From: Alphaproteobacteria bacterium
GTDB lineage: Bacteria > Pseudomonadota > Alphaproteobacteria > JASGCL01
DNA length: 64,000 nt
Reading direction: 5' to 3'
NCBI GenBank assembly: GCA_965203915.1
Contig: OZ241918.1
Coordinates: 268,613 to 332,612 of the forward strand
Shown here: piece after piece, positions 39,088-47,726 of the stretch
Position numbering within the stretch: position 1 is the first letter of the stretch
Layout of the letters: every line of letters begins with the position of its first letter
Notes under the pieces: generated by a model
Databases searched by the model: none
What the model was told of the DNA's origin: nothing
The model's input: only the letters and a program-made list of their open reading frames with translations
Position numbers and translations under genes: made by a program

Positions 39088-41505
39088 ATGAGCGCCGATA
39101 AAAAATCACCCGATAAAAAAATGCGCGACGCCAGCGGTCATAACCCCGCTCACAATCCTGCTTATAACCATGGGCGCGGGCAAGCGGTGGAGGGCGACAT
39201 GGACGCGCCCAAAAATGCCACCGAACAATTACGGATGGAGGCCATAGCCTATCACAAGCAAAAACCAGCGGGAAAATTGCGGGTGGTGGCGTCGAAACCA
39301 TTGAACAGCCAGCGCGATCTGTCCTTGGCCTATTCGCCAGGGGTCGCCGCCGCTTGCGAGGAAATTGTGAAAGATCCCCTGAATGTTTCTGACATGACGG
39401 CGCGTGGTAATTTGGTGGCGGTTATATCGAACGGCACGGCGGTGTTGGGTTTGGGCGATATTGGCCCCCTGGCCAGCAAACCCGTGATGGAGGGGAAGGC
39501 GGTGTTGTTTAAAAAATTTGCCGACCTTGATGTTTTTGATATTGAGATAGAAGAGAAAGACCCAGAAAAATTAATCACAATTATCAAAAGCCTAGAGCCA
39601 ACATTTGGCGGCATCAACCTGGAGGATATCAAGGCCCCCGAATGTTTTGTTATCGAACAACGGTTAAAAAAGGAAATGAAAATTCCGGTGTTCCATGACG
39701 ACCAACATGGCACCGCCATCATCGCGGGGGCGGCGATAAAAAATGGTCTGGAAGTAATGAAGAAAGATATAGGGTCGGTGAAAATTGTGGCGTCGGGCGC
39801 GGGGGCGGCGGCGTTATCTTGTTTGCATTTTTTGATAAGCCTGGGGGCGAAGAAAGAAAATATTTGGGTATGCGATAAAGAAGGTTTGGTTTGGGCGGGG
39901 CGTAACAAGGGGATGGATGAGTTCAAACAACAATTTGCCCGCGCCGATGTGAAGGAAGATAGAAACTTGGCATCGGTTATCAAGGACGCCGATATTTTCT
40001 TGGGGTTGTCTTCAGGCAAGGTGGTAACGGGCGATATGGTGAAATCGATGGCGAAAAACCCGATGATATTGGCGTTGGCCAATCCCGAACCCGAAATTCG
40101 CCCCGAAGAAATAGAAAAAGTTCGCCAAGACGCCATTATCTGCACGGGGCGGTCGGATTATCCCAACCAGGTCAATAATGTTCTCTGTTTTCCATTTTTG
40201 TTTCGCGGCGCGTTGGATGTTGGGGCGACAGAAATTAACGAACCCATGAAGCAAGCCGCGTCGATGGCCATTGCCGAATTGGCCAAGCAAGCGGTCGAAG
40301 AAAAAACATTACGCGCCTATGGCTTGACCGAATTATCTTTCGGTAAAAATTATATCATTCCCAAACCGTTGGATGAGAGGTTGATTGTTGCGGTTTCGTC
40401 GGCAGTGGCGGAGGCGGCCATGAAGACGGGCGTTGCGACCCGCCCCATCGCCGACATAAAACAATATCGCGAACAATTGGCGGGCATGACCACCCGCACC
40501 CACCAAATTATGCGCCCCATCAATGTTGCGGCACGCCAGTCGGACAAGCGGATAGTTTACGCCGAGGGGGAAAACCCACGGATATTATCCGCCCTGCCGA
40601 TTATTATTCAAGAAAATTTTGCGCGCCCGATATTGGTGGGCCGCCCCAAGGTGATAGAAGATCGGATCAAAAAATTAAATTTGAATTTAACCTTGGGCAA
40701 AGACGTAGAGATTTGCGACCCCGAGCAAGACGATAGGTTCCATGCCTATTGGACGGAATATCATCAGCATTTGGGGCGGTCAGGCGTGTCGCCCGAATAT
40801 GCCAAAACGATGGTGCGGACGTCGAACACCGTTATTGGGTCGTTGATGGTTAAACGCGGCGAAGCCGATGGTTTGATATGCGGCACCATTGGGGTTTTTC
40901 ATCGCCATTTAAAACATGTTCGCAATATTTTGGGGGTGAATGAAAAATACAAAGACATGCACAGTCTTTATATGTTGGTGCTGGAAACATTTGGTCAACC
41001 CACCCTGCCGCTGTTTTTTACCGACACCCATGTTTCGCACAACCCATGCGAAGAGGAATTGGAAGAAATGACATTGATGGCGACCGATGTGATGAAATTG
41101 TTTGGCATAACGCCAAAGGTTGCGTTGCTTTCCCATTCTAACTTTGGTTCGTCTGAATCGGATTCGGCGAAAAAAATGCGCCGTGCGGTGGCGCGTTTGA
41201 AAAAATCTTGCCAATTTGAGGTCGAGGGCGAAATGCACCCCGACACCGCGCTTGATGAAACCATTCGCGCCAATTTTTTGATGGATAATCGATTAAAGGG
41301 CGCGGCGAATTTGATGGTTTTCCCCAACCTGGATGCTGCCAATATTTGCTACAACATGGTGAAGATGGTGGCGGCCGAGGGGATTTCGACAGGACCAATT
41401 TTGATGGGTTGTAACCATGTGGCGCATATCATGACGCCCGCCGCCACCACCCGCGGCATCATCAACATGACGGCCTTCACCGCCGCCGAAGCGGCCAACC
41501 GCTAG
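39088..41505 (+). CDS. maeB: NADP-dependent malic enzyme (malic enzyme + phosphotransacetylase-like domain; MaeB type). The stop codon lies inside a palindromic repeat element.
   Basis: Malic enzyme motifs (VISNGTAVLGLGDIGPLASKPVMEGK, VASGAGAAALSC) followed by the PTA-like C-terminal half; 805 aa. Confidence 0.88.
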   Translation: MSADKKSPDKKMRDASGHNPAHNPAYNHGRGQAVEGDMDAPKNATEQLRMEAIAYHKQKPAGKLRVVASKPLNSQRDLSLAYSPGVAAACEEIVKDPLNVSDMTARGNLVAVISNGTAVLGLGDIGPLASKPVMEGKAVLFKKFADLDVFDIEIEEKDPEKLITIIKSLEPTFGGINLEDIKAPECFVIEQRLKKEMKIPVFHDDQHGTAIIAGAAIKNGLEVMKKDIGSVKIVASGAGAAALSCLHFLISLGAKKENIWVCDKEGLVWAGRNKGMDEFKQQFARADVKEDRNLASVIKDADIFLGLSSGKVVTGDMVKSMAKNPMILALANPEPEIRPEEIEKVRQDAIICTGRSDYPNQVNNVLCFPFLFRGALDVGATEINEPMKQAASMAIAELAKQAVEEKTLRAYGLTELSFGKNYIIPKPLDERLIVAVSSAVAEAAMKTGVATRPIADIKQYREQLAGMTTRTHQIMRPINVAARQSDKRIVYAEGENPRILSALPIIIQENFARPILVGRPKVIEDRIKKLNLNLTLGKDVEICDPEQDDRFHAYWTEYHQHLGRSGVSPEYAKTMVRTSNTVIGSLMVKRGEADGLICGTIGVFHRHLKHVRNILGVNEKYKDMHSLYMLVLETFGQPTLPLFFTDTHVSHNPCEEELEEMTLMATDVMKLFGITPKVALLSHSNFGSSESDSAKKMRRAVARLKKSCQFEVEGEMHPDTALDETIRANFLMDNRLKGAANLMVFPNLDAANICYNMVKMVAAEGISTGPILMGCNHVAHIMTPAATTRGIINMTAFTAAEAANR

Positions 41506-41665
41506 GCTTCGCCTAGGTGCTGCGCACCGCAACTTTCTAGGCTGCGCCTAGAACCAAGCTTGTTATTTTGGAGTCGAGGGCGAAATGCACCCCGACACCG
41601 TGCTTGATGAAAGGCTTTTTCTCTCTCCATCGCCAAACAGTTCGGTTCTAGGGCTTGCCCTAGCT
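41497..41665. repeat. Repeat cluster at the maeB 3' end. Forward module B (ctaggcttcgcctag...ctaggctgcgcctagaaccaagcttg) and an inverted module copy (ggttctagggcttgccctag) flank a duplicated 45-bp fragment of maeB.
   Basis: 41568-41612 (ggagtcgagggcgaaatgcaccccgacaccgtgcttgatgaaa) is near-identical to maeB 41216-41260. Confidence 0.8.
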
Positions 41666-42326
41666 AGCGTGTGCCAAAAACGCCCGTGCCGATGCGCACC
41701 ATGGTGGCGCCAAGTTCGATGGCTTGGGGGTAATCGTGGGTCATGCCCATTGATGCTTGGGGCAATTGATATTTTTCTGTTAGTTGTTTTAACAAAACGA
41801 AAAAGGGGCTGGGCGGTAAGTCGAGCGGCAAAATCGCCATCAAGCCAACAATGGGTAGCGCAAGTTGGTCGCGGCAGTAATAAAAAAATTTTTCAAGGTC
41901 TTCGGGCATCACGCCGCTTTTTTGTGGTTCCTTACCCACGTTAACTTCGATAAGCAATTGGGGAAAGGGTTTGGCTTCTTGCCAATTTTCTTTTTCCTTG
42001 GCAAGGGCTTCGGCAACCGATGGTCGGTCGACACTGTGGATGACATCAAAAAACCTGACAATTTTTTTGACCTTGTTGCTTTGCATATGACCGATAAAAT
42101 GCAAAGTTATTTTTTGGCGCAAATCGGCGTCGGTAAATTTATCCATCGCTTCTTGCAATTTGTTTTCGCCAAAATGCACCAAGCCCTGTTGGTGGGCGAT
42201 GCGTACTTTATCCAACCCATGGTTTTTGCTGACCGCGATGAAGGTTATATCCTGCGCGGTGCGCCCCGACGCTGTTGCGGCCTGGGCTATGTTTTTTTTT
42301 ATCTGGGTTATGTTTTCTTCTATCAC
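41664..42326 (-). CDS. yggS: YggS-family pyridoxal-phosphate homeostasis protein.
   Basis: IAVSKNHG...HFGENKLQEA...HFIGHMQSNK...IHSVDR...IEVNVGKEPQKSG... alanine-racemase-N-like fold. Confidence 0.85.
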   Translation of the reverse strand: MIEENITQIKKNIAQAATASGRTAQDITFIAVSKNHGLDKVRIAHQQGLVHFGENKLQEAMDKFTDADLRQKITLHFIGHMQSNKVKKIVRFFDVIHSVDRPSVAEALAKEKENWQEAKPFPQLLIEVNVGKEPQKSGVMPEDLEKFFYYCRDQLALPIVGLMAILPLDLPPSPFFVLLKQLTEKYQLPQASMGMTHDYPQAIELGATMVRIGTGVFGTR

Positions 42327-42557
42327 GTTTTCTATGCTTTAAAAAAATCTGATGCCTGTGGTTGGTTGTGGTAATGGATGGTGCGTGGCGCGCCCTAATA
42401 TTTTTTCTATGAGGTTTATCTTAATATCATCTTAACATGAAGGCAAGATGATGAAGGCGCATGAAGCCCCATGCTACATCATTGGCTACATCATTTACAA
42501 TCAGGGTTTTGGCAATTATTTTTGGCGCGCCCCATGAATGGCACGATGATTTTTTTT

Positions 42558-43040
42558 CTAGAATGGAATATCGTCATCCATATCGGGTTTGCCCTTGGCG
42601 CCGCCGCTGTCCATACCGCCGCCCATGCCACCACCTGATGATCCCCCGCCACCGTTGTCGCGGCCACCCTCGGCCATGCCGCCCGCACTGCCACGGCCGT
42701 CAAGCAAATGTAATTGCCCGTTGAAGGCACTTACCACAACCTCGGTAATGAATTTATCTTGGCCAGATGTTTGGTCTTGCCATTTGCGGTGGCGCAATTG
42801 GCCTTCTATCATGACGCGGCTACCTTTGTTTAGAAAACGTTCGGCGATGTTGGCGGCCTTGCCAAATATAACAATATTGTGCCATTCGGTGCGTTCTTGC
42901 ACATTGCCTTCTTGGTCTTTCCATCGGTCGGATGTGGCGATGCGGAAACTGGCAACTTTTTCACCCTTTTGCGTGTTGCGGATAACGGGGTCGGCACCCA
43001 AATTACCCAATAAAAATACTTTATTTAATGCGGTCGTCAT
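42558..43040 (-). CDS. ssb: Single-stranded DNA-binding protein.
   Basis: OB-fold N-terminus NKVFLLGNLGADPVIRNTQKGEKVASFRIATSDRW, Gly-rich linker, acidic tip DDDIPF. Confidence 0.92.
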   Translation of the reverse strand: MTTALNKVFLLGNLGADPVIRNTQKGEKVASFRIATSDRWKDQEGNVQERTEWHNIVIFGKAANIAERFLNKGSRVMIEGQLRHRKWQDQTSGQDKFITEVVVSAFNGQLHLLDGRGSAGGMAEGGRDNGGGGSSGGGMGGGMDSGGAKGKPDMDDDIPF

Positions 43041-43184
43041 TGCTATTTCTCCTATAATAATAATTTTATATAAAATCAGTAAATATAACCAATAGGCTTA
43101 TTCTGTCTTAAACCATTGTTATAAAATAGCAAGCAATAAAGTATAGATTTTTTGATAAATGCAAAAACCGTTTGCGGGGTGATT

Positions 43185-43427
43185 TTAGCGCGGGGTGTGA
43201 ACAAAACCTGGCTTTTCGCGAAATACAATACGCCCTTTGGTCAAGTCATAGGGGGTCATTTCCACCGTAACCTTATCCCCCACCAAAATACGAATACGGT
43301 GTTTGCGCATTTTGCCCGCGGTATGGCCAATGATTAAATGACCATTTTCCAAGGTGACGCGAAACATTGCGTTGGGTAATTTTTCGGTTACCGTGCCTTT
43401 AAATTCTATCAATTCTTCTTTGGACAT
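43185..43427 (-). CDS. infA: Translation initiation factor IF-1.
   Basis: [70 protein letters not shown]. Confidence 0.9.
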   Translation of the reverse strand: MSKEELIEFKGTVTEKLPNAMFRVTLENGHLIIGHTAGKMRKHRIRILVGDKVTVEMTPYDLTKGRIVFREKPGFVHTPR

Positions 43428-43507
43428 AAGTTTTTTTTCCTTCATTCTTCTATAACAAGTAAACAGCGGGCTTGACAAGCGAAAGATTCTATCTTCTATC
43501 TATTTTT

Positions 43508-44617
43508 ATGAGTTTTCATTGCGGTATAGTCGGTTTGCCCAACGTGGGTAAATCGACCCTTTTTAACGCCCTTACCCAAACCCAATCGGCGGAGGCTGCC
43601 AATTACCCATTCTGCACCATCGAACCCAATGTTGGGCGGGTGGCGGTGCCCGATGATAGGCTGACCGCCCTGGCGCAACTTTACCCATCGCAAAAAACCA
43701 TCCCCGCCCAGATGGAATTTGTTGATATTGCGGGGTTGGTGAAGGGTGCTTCGAAAGGCGAAGGACTTGGCAATCAATTTTTGGGTCATATTCGCGCGGT
43801 CGATGCCATTGCCCAGGTGGTGCGGTGCTTCACCGACGGTAACATAACCCATGTCGCGGGTAAGATAGATCCCTTAAGCGATTTTGAAACCATTCGCATC
43901 GAATTGCTTTTGTCGGATTTGGAAGCCTTGCTCAAACGCAAAGACAACATGGAAAAAAAAGCCAGGGCGCAGGATAAGGATACCCTGGCGCAAATGCCCT
44001 TGCTACATAAATTGTTGGCGTTGGCCGAGGCGGGGGATGATATGTTGAAGGGGGTCAAGGCCATGAACCTTTCGCCCGAGCAGATGGCGGTGTTGCAAAC
44101 TTGGCAATTGCTGTCGTTAAAACCCACCATGTTGATATGCAACGTGGCCGAGGATGAAGTGACGCAAGGCAACGCATTAAGCAAGCAAGTGCAAGATTAT
44201 GGCAAGCAACATAACATACCCGTTGCTATCATATCGGCTAAAATTGAATCAGAAATTGCCATGTTGCCCACCGCCGACCGTATAGAATTTTTGCAAACCC
44301 TGGGTTTAGAAGAAACAGGCCTTAGCCAAATTATCCGCCTTGGTTATCAATTGTTGGATCGCTTGTCTTTCTTCACCGTTGGGCCAAAGGAAGCCCGTGG
44401 GTGGAGCATTCAAAAAGGTTCAACGGCGCAAGAAGCGGCGGGCACCATCCATACCGATTTTGCCCGTGGTTTCATTGCCGCCGAAACCATCAATTATCGT
44501 GAATTGCTTGATTTGGGTTCCGAAGCCGTGGCCAAGGAGCAAGGAAAAATAAGGTTAGAAGGAAAAAATTATTTGGTTCAAGATGGTGATGTCTTTCATT
44601 TCCGATTTGCTGTATAA
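43508..44617 (+). CDS. ychF: Redox-regulated ribosome-binding ATPase YchF.
   Basis: [18 protein letters not shown], NxxD, TGS C-terminal domain ...[19 protein letters not shown]. Confidence 0.9.
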   Translation: MSFHCGIVGLPNVGKSTLFNALTQTQSAEAANYPFCTIEPNVGRVAVPDDRLTALAQLYPSQKTIPAQMEFVDIAGLVKGASKGEGLGNQFLGHIRAVDAIAQVVRCFTDGNITHVAGKIDPLSDFETIRIELLLSDLEALLKRKDNMEKKARAQDKDTLAQMPLLHKLLALAEAGDDMLKGVKAMNLSPEQMAVLQTWQLLSLKPTMLICNVAEDEVTQGNALSKQVQDYGKQHNIPVAIISAKIESEIAMLPTADRIEFLQTLGLEETGLSQIIRLGYQLLDRLSFFTVGPKEARGWSIQKGSTAQEAAGTIHTDFARGFIAAETINYRELLDLGSEAVAKEQGKIRLEGKNYLVQDGDVFHFRFAV

Positions 44618-44664
44618 TCAACATGAAGATACATCATGTTGAGGGAGCGGGAAAAAAAATAATC

Positions 44665-45366
44665 ATGACGCAAAAATTAATCATTGCCAATTGGAAAATG
44701 AATTTGCCAATCGGTGGCATAGCGGCGTTTGCAGAAAAAATAACCAAGCCGCGGCCTAGCAACCTTATCATTGCGCCGCCTTACCCTTTTTTATCGCAAG
44801 TACGTGGCCAGGGTTTTCGCATCGCCGCCCAAGATGTTTCGGCCAACGATAACAAAAATGGCAAGGGGGCATTCACGGGGGAAGTTGCCGCCGACATGTT
44901 GATGCAACTTGGCGTTCAGCATTGCATCGTGGGGCATTCGGAACGGCGGCAATATTATCATGAAGACCATGAATTGTTGGCAAAAAAAATAATTCAATTG
45001 CTTAATCACCACATCATTCCCGTTTTTTGTGTGGGCGAACAACGCGCCGATTATAAAGACAAAAAAACCAACGAAGTTTTATCGGCGCAGTTAAAAGCCC
45101 TCAACGGGTTTAAAGGAAAAGAAATTATCATTGCTTATGAACCCGTGTGGGCGATTGGCACGGGGGCGGTGGCGACCACCGACGATATGGTGCGGGTGCA
45201 TGATTATATAAAGGGGCGTTTGGGCGGCGAGGTAAAGGTTTTGTATGGCGGGTCGGTTAATGCCAGCAACGCCGCGGCAATTTTATCGTTACGCGAGGTT
45301 GATGGATTATTAATCGGCGGCGCCAGTTTAAAGGCGGATGAGATGATGAAGATATTGGCGGGATAG
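44665..45366 (+). CDS. tpiA: Triosephosphate isomerase. The stop codon TAG falls within a partial repeat module.
   Basis: IANWKMN, GHSERR, IAYEPVWAIGTG, GGASLK. Confidence 0.9.
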   Translation: MTQKLIIANWKMNLPIGGIAAFAEKITKPRPSNLIIAPPYPFLSQVRGQGFRIAAQDVSANDNKNGKGAFTGEVAADMLMQLGVQHCIVGHSERRQYYHEDHELLAKKIIQLLNHHIIPVFCVGEQRADYKDKKTNEVLSAQLKALNGFKGKEIIIAYEPVWAIGTGAVATTDDMVRVHDYIKGRLGGEVKVLYGGSVNASNAAAILSLREVDGLLIGGASLKADEMMKILAG

Positions 45367-45400
45367 AAAACCTGACTTTACCTCTTCTAGGCTTGTGCCT
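45362..45400. repeat. Partial module-B repeat (atagaaaacctgactttacctcttctaggcttg) overlapping the tpiA stop codon.
   Basis: Aligns to cctagaaccagactttacagcttctaggcttg from the mfd copies. Confidence 0.6.
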
Positions 45401-45524
45401 TTTTTATAAAAAATAGGCATGGCAATTTTAGAGATTTAAATAAAAGAATTGACAAATAACTAAGAATTGGATAGGGTTAAGAGGATATACCCATCCCTGC
45501 GGTTTAGAGCAATCTAAACGAGGG

Positions 45525-46472
45525 GTGGGGTTTTTTATATGGTGGCTGTATTTTATCATGGGACAAGGTTATAACAACTCTTCAAAACTAGATTACACCA
45601 AACCTTTTTTATCAGTTGATGGCCAGCTCGCGCTTATAAAATCAAGGGGACTTGTGGTAGGTGATGACAATGAAGCAAAACATTATCTTAAAACTATAGG
45701 TTATTATCGTTTAAGCGGTTATTGGTATCCTTTCCGTAAAGAAGCTAGCGAATATTTTATAAATGGCACAAAATTTTCTGATATTGTTGAATTGTATGCT
45801 TTTGATAAAAAATTAAGGCTGATTGTTTTAGATGCGATTGAAAGAATAGAGGTTGCTGTTAGGGTAGCTATGGTTTTGTCTTTAGGCAAAGATAATCCTT
45901 TTATACATTTAAGTAGTAATATATTTTTTAATGAAAATAATTACAAAGAATGGAAAGAACATTTTGATAAAAAATATAAATCTTCTAAGCAACCATGGTT
46001 TATGACCGCAAATAAAAAATATAAAGAATTGCCAATTTGGATGGTGATAGAAACATGGGATTTTGGGTTGTTATCTTATTTCTTTTCGGGTTTAAATTCT
46101 AAATATAAAGATATTATAAGTGGCAATTATGGTGTGGATCCTACTGTATTAAAAAATTGGTTAGCAAGTATCAATGAGATAAGAAACATATGCGCTCATC
46201 ATCAACGATTATGGAATTTTTCATTAAACAACGTAGTAAAAACACCAAAAAACTTACCTGATATGGATAATATTAGAACCAATCAAGCGGCAAGAGTCAA
46301 AATATACGCTACATTAATCATCATACAATTTTTATTAAAAAAAATTAATCCCACCACAAAATGGCATCAAAGATTAAAAGAACATATGAATCAATTTCCT
46401 AATAATCCTAACATTCATATTCAGCAAGCTGGCTTTCCTCAAGCTTGGCATAAAGAAAAAATTTGGCAATAA
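45525..46472 (+). CDS. Abortive-infection phage-resistance protein, AbiD/AbiF family (Abi_2).
   Basis: YRLSGYWYPFR and IRNICAHHQRLWN hallmark motifs. The gene is markedly AT-rich with Asn/Lys/Ile-rich codon usage, unlike its flanking genes. Confidence 0.8.
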   Translation: MGFFIWWLYFIMGQGYNNSSKLDYTKPFLSVDGQLALIKSRGLVVGDDNEAKHYLKTIGYYRLSGYWYPFRKEASEYFINGTKFSDIVELYAFDKKLRLIVLDAIERIEVAVRVAMVLSLGKDNPFIHLSSNIFFNENNYKEWKEHFDKKYKSSKQPWFMTANKKYKELPIWMVIETWDFGLLSYFFSGLNSKYKDIISGNYGVDPTVLKNWLASINEIRNICAHHQRLWNFSLNNVVKTPKNLPDMDNIRTNQAARVKIYATLIIIQFLLKKINPTTKWHQRLKEHMNQFPNNPNIHIQQAGFPQAWHKEKIWQ

Positions 46473-46528
46473 ATAAGCAAATTAATTTTTTCTTGCCGCG
46501 TCATGGATAGATTTTATCATGATGAAAT

Positions 46529-46984
46529 CTATCTTTTCCCCGCAAAAAAATCCTTCATCAATTGTTCGCAATCGTGGCGCAAAATACCGTCTATAACCTC
46601 TGGCCTGTGGTGGCAATGGGGGTTGGCAAAAACCCGGGCGCCCGATAATACCCCGCCCGATTTTTCGTCATAACCGCCAAATACCAATGTTTTTATCCGC
46701 ACGGTCGATATCGCCGCCGCGCATAGGGCGCAAGGTTCAAGCGTCACCAACAATGTATGGTCCGATAAAAACTTCTCACCGCATTGCTTGATGGCTTTAT
46801 CAATAACCAACATTTCGGCATGGGCCAGGGCATTGCTTGTTTCTTCAACACGGTTATGGTCAACCGCCACCACCGCGCCATTTTTATCAATCATCATGGC
46901 GGCCACGGGCACCTCGCCGCGCTCCGCCGCGGATTGGGCGTGGGGCAACAATTGGCGCATCAAATGGATGTAATCAATAACCAT
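46529..46984 (-). CDS. tadA: tRNA-specific adenosine deaminase.
   Basis: HAEMLVIDKA and LVTLEPCALCAAAI CMP/dCMP-deaminase zinc motifs. Confidence 0.88.
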   Translation of the reverse strand: MVIDYIHLMRQLLPHAQSAAERGEVPVAAMMIDKNGAVVAVDHNRVEETSNALAHAEMLVIDKAIKQCGEKFLSDHTLLVTLEPCALCAAAISTVRIKTLVFGGYDEKSGGVLSGARVFANPHCHHRPEVIDGILRHDCEQLMKDFFAGKR

Positions 46985-47012
46985 GGTGTGATGGCGTTAC
47001 TGTTTTTTATCG

Positions 47013-47726
47013 CTACATATTAACAATACTGGCGAGGAACGGGGTAATGTCGTCGATAACCGCATCGATATAATCGGGGGTGGAAGTAGCCAGGTGAGGC
47101 AAGGATGGCGGGTTGTTGGGGTGGCTGTCAACCCGCAACCAAATTGTTTGCATGGCGAAGGATTTGGCGGTTTTTAAATTATCGGCAATATCGTCTATCA
47201 ACACCGATCTTTCCTTGATTATTTTGGGGCATTGCGCAAAAAAACTTTCGTAGGCTACATGCTGCGGCTTGGGTATGTAATTGGTATCTTTGATAGAAAC
47301 TATCTTGGTAAAAATATTGTTGGCAATGCCAAGTTGGTTCAGCGTTTGGTGGGCATGGTCGGTATCGCCGTTGGTAAAAATATATTTGTCGCCCGGCAAT
47401 TTTTGTAAATGCTGAGCCAATATTTCATTACGCGGCAAAACAGTATAATCAATATCATGCACATTGCGTAAAAATTCGGTGGGGTCAATATCATGGTTTT
47501 CCATCAAACCGCGCAATGTTGTGCCGTAATGAAAAAAATAATTTTTTTGTAAGGTTCGGGCGTCATCAAACGGCAAAGACAATTTTTCCATAACAAATTT
47601 TGTCATTAATTTATCAACCTGGGAAAACAAATTGAATGAATGGTGATACAATGTATTGTCCAGATCAAAAACCCAATTGTCGATGGTTTGATGGTTGATG
47701 CGGTTGGGATTTATGCTGTTGCTCAT
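47013..47726 (-). CDS. HAD-superfamily hydrolase (pyrimidine 5'-nucleotidase-like, subfamily IA).
   Basis: WVFDLDNTLY motif I, conserved K, DD motif (VLIDDIADN). 4-bp overlap with mutS. Confidence 0.7.
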   Translation of the reverse strand: MSNSINPNRINHQTIDNWVFDLDNTLYHHSFNLFSQVDKLMTKFVMEKLSLPFDDARTLQKNYFFHYGTTLRGLMENHDIDPTEFLRNVHDIDYTVLPRNEILAQHLQKLPGDKYIFTNGDTDHAHQTLNQLGIANNIFTKIVSIKDTNYIPKPQHVAYESFFAQCPKIIKERSVLIDDIADNLKTAKSFAMQTIWLRVDSHPNNPPSLPHLATSTPDYIDAVIDDITPFLASIVNM

